Shown piece by piece: positions 45,711 to 54,861 of a DNA stretch of 63,032 nucleotides. Below the pieces are notes generated by a model that worked only from the letters and a program-made list of their open reading frames with translations, ran no database searches and had not been told where the DNA came from. The stretch covers positions 1-63,032 of IMG/VR virus record IMGVR_UViG_3300035668_000048. One strand, written 5' to 3'. The DNA is from a virus (taxonomy: Duplodnaviria; Caudoviricetes). Each line of letters opens with the position of its first letter. The first letter of the stretch is position 1. Both the position numbers and the translations under genes were made by a program.

Positions 45711-46183
45711 AGATTGTCTACACGTTCATCGACATGCAAGCCGTCGTGTCTTTTGCGCTTGAGACCCTGAAATCGAAGTCCCCTGTCGGCTCTAAGGACG
45801 ACGAGCATCCGGGCCTCTACCGCGATAGCCATCTGGTGTTTCTTGACGGTCATGTTGTCAAAGACGTGCTCGGTTGGAGGCTGGGCCAGCAGATCAACAT
45901 TTCGAATCCCGTTCCTTATGCCCGTAAGATCGAGGGTGGTCCGGGTAAACCTTCGTTTTCTGATCCTGGTCATGTCTATGAGTTGTCAGAGCCGATTGTC
46001 AGCGGTCGTTTCGGCAACACTGTGAGCGTCAAGTTTGTGTTCATGCCGGTGCGCTTCGGTTCGGTGCAGGACTACGCGCACTCACTCACGGGGCAGGCCG
46101 CAGGCTCTCGCCGAGGCGGCAGCAAAAAAGCGCTTCGTGATTGGCTTGTGAGACAGCCCGCTCTGCAGATAACCGCAAGGTAG
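45707..46183 (+). CDS. Neck protein (HK97 gp10-like)
   Basis: SPVG...GLYRDSH...ISNPVPYARKIEG. Confidence 0.7.
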   Translation: MKIVYTFIDMQAVVSFALETLKSKSPVGSKDDEHPGLYRDSHLVFLDGHVVKDVLGWRLGQQINISNPVPYARKIEGGPGKPSFSDPGHVYELSEPIVSGRFGNTVSVKFVFMPVRFGSVQDYAHSLTGQAAGSRRGGSKKALRDWLVRQPALQITAR

Positions 46184-46187
46184 ATCA

Positions 46188-46673
46188 ATGTCGGCTGACT
46201 ACGCGGGCGCCTGCGCGGCTATTCGTCAGAGGTTTGCGGACTATTGGAAAGTAGACGGGGAGCCGATTACTCCGGTCAGGTACGTCAACGATCAAACGTC
46301 GGAGACGCCGAGTGATCCGGTAACAAATAGACCAGTCCCGTGGGTAATGTTCGAGATCGTGCACGGCGAATCCTACATCGCCGGCAGCGGGACGCCAGGT
46401 CAACAGACGATCGTCTATCACGGCTTCATCAAGGGTTACGTCTTCACGCCGATCAACAGCGACACAGACGACGGCCTATCAAAGGCCGTTGCCGTTGGAG
46501 AAATCTTCCGCAACAAGCTTTTCTACAGCGACGTGAATCCGGGTTGCTACGTCCGCTCCGGTTACACCAGAGAAGGTCAGCCGCGAATCAGTGCTGGTGA
46601 CGTGACATCGGACGACGGTCAGTGGTTCACAACCACATCAACAACGCAGTTCGAATACTGGCATCGCGGCTAA
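46188..46673 (+). CDS. Tail terminator protein
   Basis: PWVMFEI; position before the tail tube gene. Confidence 0.7.
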   Translation: MSADYAGACAAIRQRFADYWKVDGEPITPVRYVNDQTSETPSDPVTNRPVPWVMFEIVHGESYIAGSGTPGQQTIVYHGFIKGYVFTPINSDTDDGLSKAVAVGEIFRNKLFYSDVNPGCYVRSGYTREGQPRISAGDVTSDDGQWFTTTSTTQFEYWHRG

Positions 46674-46785
46674 AGGCTGCTTCCTGATCATTCACAATTC
46701 ATCGGCGTGACGCCCCGCGCCGCGACTACCCGCGCGCCGTTGGGCATGGCGCTTTCCACCTTGCGCACGATAAGGATTCAACGCG

Positions 46786-48045
46786 ATGGTCTATCAGAGC
46801 AACAGCAACGGTTATTGCGCGTTCAAGGTACAGAGCGCGCTCGGCACACAGGCATCCGGCAGTGGCGCAGAAATCTTCCGTACTACTGGAGGCGGCGGTG
46901 GTGGAAAGTTCAGCAAGGCTGCGACCGAGAGTAACGAAGTGCGCCGCGACGGAATGCGTTCTCGCGGTCGACACGGCACATACAAATCGCAGGGTTCGCA
47001 AGGCGGGCAGTTGGCGCTTGGCGCTTATGACACCGTATTTCAGGCGCTTATGCGAGGCACTTACGGCACCGCCGATCTTGCAATAACGCAAGCAACTACG
47101 TTCGGCGGCTCGGCGGCGGCCACCTCGGTTACCACCGGCGCTAATTCGATCATCGCGGCCGCAGGATCGTGGATTCTGCAGGGCCTTCGGGTAGGCGATG
47201 TTGTTCGTCCGACCGGACTGCCCGACGCCGCAAACAATGGCCGCGATATTCGTATTACCGGCCTGACTGCGTTGGTCATCACGACCGCAGAAACCCTTGT
47301 GGTGAACGCTGCTCCGGATACATCATTCACCATCACGCGTCCGGGTCGCGTCCTGATCAATCCCGCCGCAGGCTCGATCATCAAGCGGTATTACACGTGG
47401 GAAGAATACGAAGCGGACATCGATGCTTCGTCCGTCTTCACAGATTGTGTGTTCGGTAACGGCAAGGTGTCGATGGCGACTGATGGCATCATTATGTTCG
47501 ATGCCGGCTGGTGGGGTACGGGTCAATTCACGACCTTGAGCGGCGCCAGTGCCCCGCTGTTCACGTCGCCGACTGAAAACACCGCGACTGCTATGTCTGT
47601 CGTGGATGCAACGATCAGGCTGGGCACAACCGATCTCGTTGAATTGTCATCATTCGATGTGACGATCGACACGTCCGCGAACGCCCCGTCCGTCTTTGGC
47701 TCTGGCGCTATTAAATATTCGCCCGATGTTTTTACCGGTCAGATGGGCATCAATCTCAACTTGACGATGCTCCGGAAGGATCTGTCATATGTCGCGAATC
47801 ACATCAATGAAGACGTGCTGTCGCTGCATATCCTCGCGGTCGAAAATGAGGCGGAGCCGAAAGACTTTATCTCCTTCTACGTTCCAAACTTTACGCTTGG
47901 CGACGTGGCGCGTTCCGGACTCAAGAAAGAGGGCGGTGGGATGACGCAGACCATCCAAATCCCGGTCGCGCTTGTCGGCAAAGACGAAACGGGTGGCGCG
48001 TTCGACGCGACGATGCTGAAAATCCAGGTCAGCAACGCAAGCTAA
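46786..48045 (+). CDS. Major tail tube protein
   Basis: ESNEVRRDGMRSRGRHG motif; beta-rich; synteny. Confidence 0.85.
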   Translation: MVYQSNSNGYCAFKVQSALGTQASGSGAEIFRTTGGGGGGKFSKAATESNEVRRDGMRSRGRHGTYKSQGSQGGQLALGAYDTVFQALMRGTYGTADLAITQATTFGGSAAATSVTTGANSIIAAAGSWILQGLRVGDVVRPTGLPDAANNGRDIRITGLTALVITTAETLVVNAAPDTSFTITRPGRVLINPAAGSIIKRYYTWEEYEADIDASSVFTDCVFGNGKVSMATDGIIMFDAGWWGTGQFTTLSGASAPLFTSPTENTATAMSVVDATIRLGTTDLVELSSFDVTIDTSANAPSVFGSGAIKYSPDVFTGQMGINLNLTMLRKDLSYVANHINEDVLSLHILAVENEAEPKDFISFYVPNFTLGDVARSGLKKEGGGMTQTIQIPVALVGKDETGGAFDATMLKIQVSNAS

Positions 48046-48076
48046 TTCAAATTCAACCACAAAGGAGATATCGACA

Positions 48077-48382
48077 ATGACAAATCACGAACAGGCGGTG
48101 CGAGACGCGGCGATCGAACTCAAAACTGCGATCACGGAAGCGGTCGGTGCCGGTTATCGCATCGCATGGCCGAGCAATCCGGCCGGCCTTGATGCAATAG
48201 CCGTGAGCGAAACGCGTCGCGTCGGCGAACCGGCCCGAGTTGCACCCGGTGAGGAATACGATGGGATGCACAAGACCGCCCTTGTCGAGCTGGCGAACGC
48301 TCGGGGCATCAGCATTCCGTCCAACGCGACCAAGGCTGAAGTGATTGCCGCTCTGAAGGCTCCCCCGGAATCCGCGATCTAA
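48077..48382 (+). CDS. Small protein with HeH/SAP-like motif
   Basis: Strong RBS; YDGMHKTALVELANARGI...ATKAEVIAAL. Confidence 0.7.
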   Translation: MTNHEQAVRDAAIELKTAITEAVGAGYRIAWPSNPAGLDAIAVSETRRVGEPARVAPGEEYDGMHKTALVELANARGISIPSNATKAEVIAALKAPPESAI

Positions 48383-48486
48383 ATCGTTTCTGAATCCGGC
48401 GCCGGATACGCCGGACGAAGTAGCGCGCTGCACGGCGGGCGGCGTATCGGCGCCGCCCGCCAACCCTTCCGATAAAGGAAAAATCA

Positions 48487-48951
48487 ATGGACTCCGATAC
48501 CGATACCGTCCAGATGGTGAAAGATTTCGATCTCAGCGAACTTGACGCAGGAGATGAGTCGACGCTCGCAATCAAAAACGCGGCGGGCAAACCAACGACA
48601 TGGATTTGGACATTCTATGGCCCCGGCCATCCGAAAACTGTAGCCCTATCCAATCGAATTTCCAAAAAATGGCTGCAGGAAGCGCGTGAAAAAGAGCAGG
48701 CGCAGGTAAACGGCAAAAAATGGAAGGCTGAAGAACGCTCTCTGGACGATGTGCGGAATGAGAATGTCGGCTCCATCCTGGAGCGTACCAAGGGCTTTAC
48801 GCCGGTAAAACTCAACGGCGAATTGATTGAGTACAGCCCAGAGGCCGCGCGACGGCTTCTCCTCGATCCGCGCAAGGGCGCGCTGTTCACGCAGATCAGT
48901 GAATTTCTCAAGGAGGAGTCAAATTTTATGCGGCCCTCCGCGACGAGCTGA
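48487..48951 (+). CDS. Tail assembly chaperone (G)
   Basis: Position after the tail tube; slippery A-AAT-TTT at its end. Confidence 0.8.
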   Translation: MDSDTDTVQMVKDFDLSELDAGDESTLAIKNAAGKPTTWIWTFYGPGHPKTVALSNRISKKWLQEAREKEQAQVNGKKWKAEERSLDDVRNENVGSILERTKGFTPVKLNGELIEYSPEAARRLLLDPRKGALFTQISEFLKEESNFMRPSATS

Positions 48952-49304
48952 GGGAATTCGCCGAAAAACACTTCTCGCTAAGCGCAACCAATAAAGATGG
49001 CGTGAGCTATCGCGATACCCTTGAAGGGATGATCAAGCGTACCCGCGATCCGGCGCGCCGTGCAGAGCGCGAAGCCGAACTCGAATGTCCGCCGTTCCCC
49101 ATGGCGGCGCGCCACCTCTTCAACATCTTCAACAAGATCAGACGCCGGAAGGGGTCTAACGGATTTAGTCTAAGCCCGATCGAAGGGCCAGACATAGAAT
49201 CTTTTCAACGTCGCCACTTCGTCTCGCTGGCGCCGTGGGAGCAAGAGATCATCGAAATGTTGGATGATCTTTTTCTGGCCGAGCAGGGGAAGGCGAAGGA
49301 GTGA
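48921..49304 (+). CDS. Tail assembly chaperone GT extension via -1 frameshift
   Basis: In-frame heptamer AAATTTT at 48921-48927; the -1 frame is open through ORF 49002-49304. Confidence 0.8.
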   Translation, partial: KFYAALRDELREFAEKHFSLSATNKDGVSYRDTLEGMIKRTRDPARRAEREAELECPPFPMAARHLFNIFNKIRRRKGSNGFSLSPIEGPDIESFQRRHFVSLAPWEQEIIEMLDDLFLAEQGKAKE

Positions 49305-49317
49305 AGAGGTCTAAAGG

Positions 49318-49596
49318 TTACCATGGCTCAATGATGCTTAGGTGTTTCGGAGGCGAAATAATCCGGAACGCCCAACCCTTCGTTCCATCGGATGATAGAC
49401 ACTCGACCTTGTAGAGCTTACCTCGACCATCCTCTCCGACAGAGCTGTAGGTTAATGGTATCGGACAGTTCTTGCCGTTCATCTCAAAACGTTGCCGTAC
49501 CTCCCGCTGAAATTGGGCATCCTTCGTAAGGTCAGCAGTTTCAGCTACGGCCGGCGCGGTTGTCGCAAGCATCGCTAGTGCGGCTAGAATCTTCAA
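49318..49596 (-). CDS. Small secreted protein (moron)
   Basis: Signal peptide KILAALAMLATTAPAVA; two Cys; antisense to the tail operon. Confidence 0.65.
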   Translation of the reverse strand: MKILAALAMLATTAPAVAETADLTKDAQFQREVRQRFEMNGKNCPIPLTYSSVGEDGRGKLYKVECLSSDGTKGWAFRIISPPKHLSIIEPW

Positions 49597-49651
49597 TTTA
49601 GGTCTCCCCCATCCTTGGCCGGTTCCAGGCCTCCTCGGGACACTATAATCT

Positions 49652-52600
49652 ATGGCACAGCAAGTTTTTACCGAATTGATCATAGATTCCGATACGTCGG
49701 GTGCCGACCGCTTTTCTGCAGGAATGGATAAGGCGAGCGCGTCCGCGCAGCAGGGCATCGACTCTGCTGCCGGGATGACGCTGGCGATTGCTGGCGTCGG
49801 CGCAGCGTTCGTTGGCGCGTTAGTCGGTTTGCGCTCTTTCTTTGACTATGTTGGTCAACAGAACAAGCTGTTGGTCGATATCGAAGAAAATGCCCGTAGC
49901 GCCGGGATGACGATGCGCGATTTTCAAGAGACATTGTTCGCTGCTCGCTCAAAGGGATTGACCGAAAAAGATTTCGTTTCCGGCTTAGACAAGATCACCA
50001 CCGACCTCACCGCCGCTAGCAGCGGCGTAACCGAATTCGGGAGGCTGTTCGAAGCGAACGGTCTCAAAATCAAAAATGCAAATGGCGAATTGAAAACGGC
50101 GAAGCAGGCCCTTGGCGACATTATGGGGCTTGTGCAGGATGCCTCGCCAGAGGTTGCTCGTGGAGTGACCAAGATCGTTGGAATTTCGAAGGACTGGATA
50201 CCATTTCTCCGCCAGGCAACAGAAGAACTCGACAGGCAAAAGAAGGCGGCATCGGACCTGGGCCTTGTCATTAACGACGACGTAATAGCAAAGGCAAAAG
50301 AATTCGATTCGCAGTGGAAAACTGCAATAGCGACTTGGGATTTGCAGTTCAAGGCGTCGCTCGCTGGCATCATGCCGCTGCTCGTAAAGATGGCAACGCT
50401 TGCGAGCACGATCATTGATGGTGTTGGTAGCGTTAATTCATCTGTTTCTAGGTGGCTGACTCCGGACGAAGACAAGTCGAAGGCTCAACTTAACGATCAA
50501 ATTAATCAAGTAGCGAAGTTGCGCGATATGATGGAGTCGCTCGCAACGACTGGCGGCGAGTTCAAAAAATTTCAGGTTGCTAACCTCGCCGAACTCGTTG
50601 GTCTCAGCGGTGATGCTACCATCAAAGATGTAGACGCGCTGCTGACAAAGCTTACCGCGTTGTACGACAAGACGCCGACTAAATTAACGGTCAACGCGCC
50701 AGGTTCAACGGTACTGCCGGCGAATGATAATAAGGACTCGGTTGATCGGGCCATCAACTCTCTATTCAAACATACAGAAGCGCAAAAGGCTGATGCAGCC
50801 TCGGTTGGGCTGGGCGCGCGCGCTCACGCAGAGCTACGCGCTGAAGCCGCGATGACGGCCGCAGTCCAGGCGAACGGAGGTAAGATCACTCAAGAGCAAG
50901 CGAACGCATTCATATGGCTGAAGTTAGCAGCAGGTGGGGCCGCGGAGGCGCTGGCACAGGCGAAGATCAATTCGCAGATAGATTTCTCCAACAAGACAAA
51001 ATTCTTGTCGTCAGAGGATGTTGCGATCGCGCAGCAGTTGAGCGCGAAATACGGCAACGACGTGCCGCGCGCGCTTGCCTCAACCGAGGCTGCGCAGATC
51101 CGCGTTATCAGCGCACAGAAACTCGTCGGCGATGGCTTCCGCGATATCGGCGAGTCGGTTGTCTCTGCCGCGCTGAAGGGCGGCAACGCGATGGCCGCGT
51201 TGATGTCCGGCCTCGACGGCCTAGCGGCGAAAATGGCGAAGGGCGGTTTCAACAACGCGGTCGATGGGCTGCTTACTGGGAATCTGGCGCAGGCCGGTCT
51301 CGGCGCCGCGCAGATGGCCGGCTCGGCGATCATCAGCGCGTTCACCGGAGATCAGAAAAAGCAGGAGGAGCTTCGCAAGGCCCGCGCCGAATGGGAGAAG
51401 GCCGGCCCGGCGTTCTCGACGTTCCTCAAGCAGATGAGTGGTGGCGTTCAAGGCAACCTGTCTCAACAAATCCAAGAGGCGTCCGCGCGTGAGGCGGATT
51501 TTGAAGACAAGGCTTGGAAAGCGCGCGACACCGCTGCGATCAATGCGGCTCGCGCGGGCCTGCAGAAGTTCTCCGACACTCAGAAGCTGCTCTTCCAGGC
51601 AACGTTCCAGGCGACGATCGACGCGCTGAATGATGGACTGGGTCTCGACAGCCCCTTCATGAAGGCCGTGAACAACGTCAAGACGGCGCTCAATGCGCAG
51701 CTTGCATTTATCGACGATACCGACGTTGCGATCGGGGAGAACATCCCGGGCACGATGGCGAAGACGCGGGCGGCGTCGCAGTCCTATCTGCTCTCGCTAC
51801 TGCAGCAACCGCAGGCGTTGTCTGCGGTGCAGACCGGCATGATGCAAATCCGCGGAGCCGCGAACGCTCTGCAGGGGGCGCTCGTCCAACTCGGGTTGTC
51901 GTCCGGAGATGCGGCGGCAAAGATCAACGAGGGCGTCACCAAGGCTATCGCGGGCCTCAAGACACAGTTTGAAGCTGGACTGACAGAGCGGCTCAACTCA
52001 GCGACCGGGCAAGGATTCTTGAACGACGCCACAAAGCTGATTGCGCAGCATCAGCAAGATTTGCTCGATGCGGCGTCGATGGGCAGTGACCCCGCGCTGG
52101 TCGCATCCCTGTTCCGCGCAGAGGCGCAGAAGATCATCGATGACGCCGAACTTACCGGAGATGCGTTCAAAGGTTTCATCGCCAAGTTTTCGCCGCTCAA
52201 GGATATTGTGCACGAATTTACGCAGTCCGCGGTGGATGATTCAAAGGCATTGCGCGATGCGCAAAATACCGCGGCAAAGAGCATTGTCGAGTTCGTCAAC
52301 GGCCTCTACGCCGGCCCGAATTCCACAGACTCCCCCACTCAGCGCCGCGCCGCTGCAGGCACGGTCTACAACGCGCAACTTGCGCTGGCACAGGCCAACG
52401 ACCCCGGAGCCCAGGCCCGCATCACGCAAGACGCACAGAACCTGCTCGATGCCGAGCGGGCAATCAGCGCGTCTTCGGAGGCGTTTCAGCTATTGAAGGA
52501 CAACGTCGCGGCGCAGCTTCTCAGCTTGCCGGCAGTTCAGAACACCACGGATCCCGCGACCCAAGTCATGCGGGACGTGTTGACCGCGGTAAATATCAGC

Positions 52601-53740
52601 AACCAGACGCTCAGGCTGATTAACATTGCAGCGGGTGGAACGATCGATGCCGTCAACGCCACCAAGGATGCCGTTGGTAGCACTACTGTCGCCGTCGCCA
52701 GCAGCAATTCGGTCGGAACGCTGACCAATGTGATTCTCCCCGCCGTGAATGCCGGCAGCGCGTCCGCGATCGCTGCGAACCTTCAGGCCTACTTCGCCTA
52801 TCTGGGAGGCACGCAGGGAGCTACTACAGACGCAGTGAATTCCGGAAACTTTATTGCAGACGCCAAAATCGTTCCGGCCGTGAACGCGGGCAACGCTTCT
52901 GCGATCGGCGCCGTCTTGCAAGGCTACTTCAATCAGATCGATCCGACCGGCAAGCTGGCGTCGGTGGTGTTCAATACCCTAAACGCCGCAAACCTTGCCG
53001 ATACCATAACGAAGCAGAACGACTATCAGACCAACCTTTTTGGCGGCCAAAACAGCGCCACGAAGGCCGCGGTCGATAGCGCAAAGTCCGCGATGGACAC
53101 CAACAACGCGCTGGTGACTGCCGGAAATAATCTGGTCATCTCTTCGAACAACTTCCTGACAGGGATCAACACCTTCACGGATCGCATCATCCAGGCGATC
53201 AATTCGCAGGGATTTATGCAGGCCGGCAACTTCCAGCAGATGATTCTGAACAGCGCGGTCCTGTTGAACTGGATGCCCAAGCTCGTTACACCCCAATATG
53301 AAAACGCCGGAGGCGGCGGGGGTGGCAGTAGCGGTTCGATCCCTTATACCGCTCACGCGTCGGGCGGCGTCATCCCGCCCTATGGCCTCGGCCTCGTCTC
53401 CGAGCACCTCAACCCGACGTTCCTTCGTGCTGGCGCTGAGCCGATCACGGTTTCGCCGTTTGCTCCGCAGATGCCATTCAACGACAACCGGCCCATCAAT
53501 GTCGCTGCGCCTGTGTTCCGGGGCGGCGGCGGGAACAGCAACGCCGAGCTGATCGCCGAAGTGAAGGCGCTACGTAAAGAACTTGAGCAATTGAGAAACG
53601 AAAACAACGGCGGCAACGCTCAATTAAGCAGAGCGGTTCTGTCTGGCGCAGTGCACGTCGGCGAAAAGGTCGACCGCGTTGCAGAAGTGGAAGAAAATCT
53701 CTTGCGCGAAGAGAAGTTCAAGAAGGCATCGGGCCAATGA
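49652..53740 (+). CDS. Tail tape measure protein
   Basis: 1362 aa, Ala/Gln-rich helical; follows the chaperones; C-terminal HASGG motif. Confidence 0.92.
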   Translation: MAQQVFTELIIDSDTSGADRFSAGMDKASASAQQGIDSAAGMTLAIAGVGAAFVGALVGLRSFFDYVGQQNKLLVDIEENARSAGMTMRDFQETLFAARSKGLTEKDFVSGLDKITTDLTAASSGVTEFGRLFEANGLKIKNANGELKTAKQALGDIMGLVQDASPEVARGVTKIVGISKDWIPFLRQATEELDRQKKAASDLGLVINDDVIAKAKEFDSQWKTAIATWDLQFKASLAGIMPLLVKMATLASTIIDGVGSVNSSVSRWLTPDEDKSKAQLNDQINQVAKLRDMMESLATTGGEFKKFQVANLAELVGLSGDATIKDVDALLTKLTALYDKTPTKLTVNAPGSTVLPANDNKDSVDRAINSLFKHTEAQKADAASVGLGARAHAELRAEAAMTAAVQANGGKITQEQANAFIWLKLAAGGAAEALAQAKINSQIDFSNKTKFLSSEDVAIAQQLSAKYGNDVPRALASTEAAQIRVISAQKLVGDGFRDIGESVVSAALKGGNAMAALMSGLDGLAAKMAKGGFNNAVDGLLTGNLAQAGLGAAQMAGSAIISAFTGDQKKQEELRKARAEWEKAGPAFSTFLKQMSGGVQGNLSQQIQEASAREADFEDKAWKARDTAAINAARAGLQKFSDTQKLLFQATFQATIDALNDGLGLDSPFMKAVNNVKTALNAQLAFIDDTDVAIGENIPGTMAKTRAASQSYLLSLLQQPQALSAVQTGMMQIRGAANALQGALVQLGLSSGDAAAKINEGVTKAIAGLKTQFEAGLTERLNSATGQGFLNDATKLIAQHQQDLLDAASMGSDPALVASLFRAEAQKIIDDAELTGDAFKGFIAKFSPLKDIVHEFTQSAVDDSKALRDAQNTAAKSIVEFVNGLYAGPNSTDSPTQRRAAAGTVYNAQLALAQANDPGAQARITQDAQNLLDAERAISASSEAFQLLKDNVAAQLLSLPAVQNTTDPATQVMRDVLTAVNISNQTLRLINIAAGGTIDAVNATKDAVGSTTVAVASSNSVGTLTNVILPAVNAGSASAIAANLQAYFAYLGGTQGATTDAVNSGNFIADAKIVPAVNAGNASAIGAVLQGYFNQIDPTGKLASVVFNTLNAANLADTITKQNDYQTNLFGGQNSATKAAVDSAKSAMDTNNALVTAGNNLVISSNNFLTGINTFTDRIIQAINSQGFMQAGNFQQMILNSAVLLNWMPKLVTPQYENAGGGGGGSSGSIPYTAHASGGVIPPYGLGLVSEHLNPTFLRAGAEPITVSPFAPQMPFNDNRPINVAAPVFRGGGGNSNAELIAEVKALRKELEQLRNENNGGNAQLSRAVLSGAVHVGEKVDRVAEVEENLLREEKFKKASGQ

Positions 53741-53821
53741 AGAAGACGCATGTTCGCAAGCGGACCAAGCGAAAGCCACCTAAGAAAGACTGGCCGCACG
53801 TCAAAAACTTTGTGCTCGTGC

Positions 53822-54061
53822 TTAAGGACGTGGTTCGTCTGGCGGAGACAGAGGGCTCTGGTAGAGTCCCGGCTGATAAGTCTGCTCCATGATGTTGAGC
53901 GCGTCGGCGATGTTCTGACTGTACATCTCTTTCGGGATGATCTCCCGGACCTCCGCAATCGCTTCCTGAATATCGGCGTACGCGATCACGCCCTTTTTGA
54001 GCAGGACGTGAAAAACGATCCAGCTTGAAATGTGGATGCGCGTTGCCGTGTCGGCGTCCAT
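53822..54061 (-). CDS. Small hypothetical protein (moron)
   Basis: MDADTATRIH with GGGGAG RBS. Confidence 0.5.
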   Translation of the reverse strand: MDADTATRIHISSWIVFHVLLKKGVIAYADIQEAIAEVREIIPKEMYSQNIADALNIMEQTYQPGLYQSPLSPPDEPRP

Positions 54062-54117
54062 CCTGAATTTGCTCCCCAAGCTTACCCGGTTTCACCATCA
54101 CACAGAACGAGGCCAGC

Positions 54118-54861
54118 ATGGCAGAGGTTTTTCTTGAAAGCACGACACCCGGCGCATGGCTTGTGCCGGCCGACTGGAATGCGAATGACAATTCGGTCGA
54201 GGGCATCGGCGGTGGTGCTGGCGGCGGTCCCACAATAGACGCCAGCACGTCGGGGCTGGGCGGTGGCGGTGGCGGCGACAGCAAAAAGGTCAATTTGAAC
54301 CTCACCCCCGGTTCTTGGGTGCCGTATTCGGTTGGGGCCGGCGGCGAGCCGAACATGCCGGGCGGCGACACTTGGTTCCAATCTCCAGCCGTCCTTTTGG
54401 CCAAGGGTGGAAATATCAGTCTTAATCCACCTAATGCGGTAGCGTTCGGAGGGCAGGCGTCGGAAGGCGTTGGCGACGTAAAATATAGCGGCGGGAATGC
54501 TCGTTCGGGTGCGTCGGGAGGGTCGGCTGGCGGTGCTGCCGGTCCCAATGGCAACGGCGGTCTTGGTCTCGTTAATGGCGGGGCCGGCGATGCCGGTTTC
54601 GGCGGTGCTGGCGGGAGCGCTGCAAGCGGCGGCATTCCCGCGGACGGAGCGGAGTGGGGTAGCTACGGCAGCGGCGGCGGCGGGCAGCGCGTCAGCAATC
54701 TTGCCAACGGAAAGAATGGCGGGAAATACGGCGGCGGCGGCAGTGGCGGGGCCGCATCGGATAATACGATCTTTCTCGGCGGCTTCGGCGCCCAAGGTTT
54801 GATACGGATCACCTATAAGCCGGTCGATACCGTCGTCGATTCCATCATCAAGGCGACTTGA
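54118..54861 (+). CDS. Glycine-rich tail-associated protein
   Basis: W.VPADWN...IGGGAGG...GAQGLIRITY. Confidence 0.75.
   Translation: MAEVFLESTTPGAWLVPADWNANDNSVEGIGGGAGGGPTIDASTSGLGGGGGGDSKKVNLNLTPGSWVPYSVGAGGEPNMPGGDTWFQSPAVLLAKGGNISLNPPNAVAFGGQASEGVGDVKYSGGNARSGASGGSAGGAAGPNGNGGLGLVNGGAGDAGFGGAGGSAASGGIPADGAEWGSYGSGGGGQRVSNLANGKNGGKYGGGGSGGAASDNTIFLGGFGAQGLIRITYKPVDTVVDSIIKAT

Noticed and set aside
54240-54790. GGC-rich repeats as a second array
   Set aside because: 3-nt period explained by glycine codons in a tail protein
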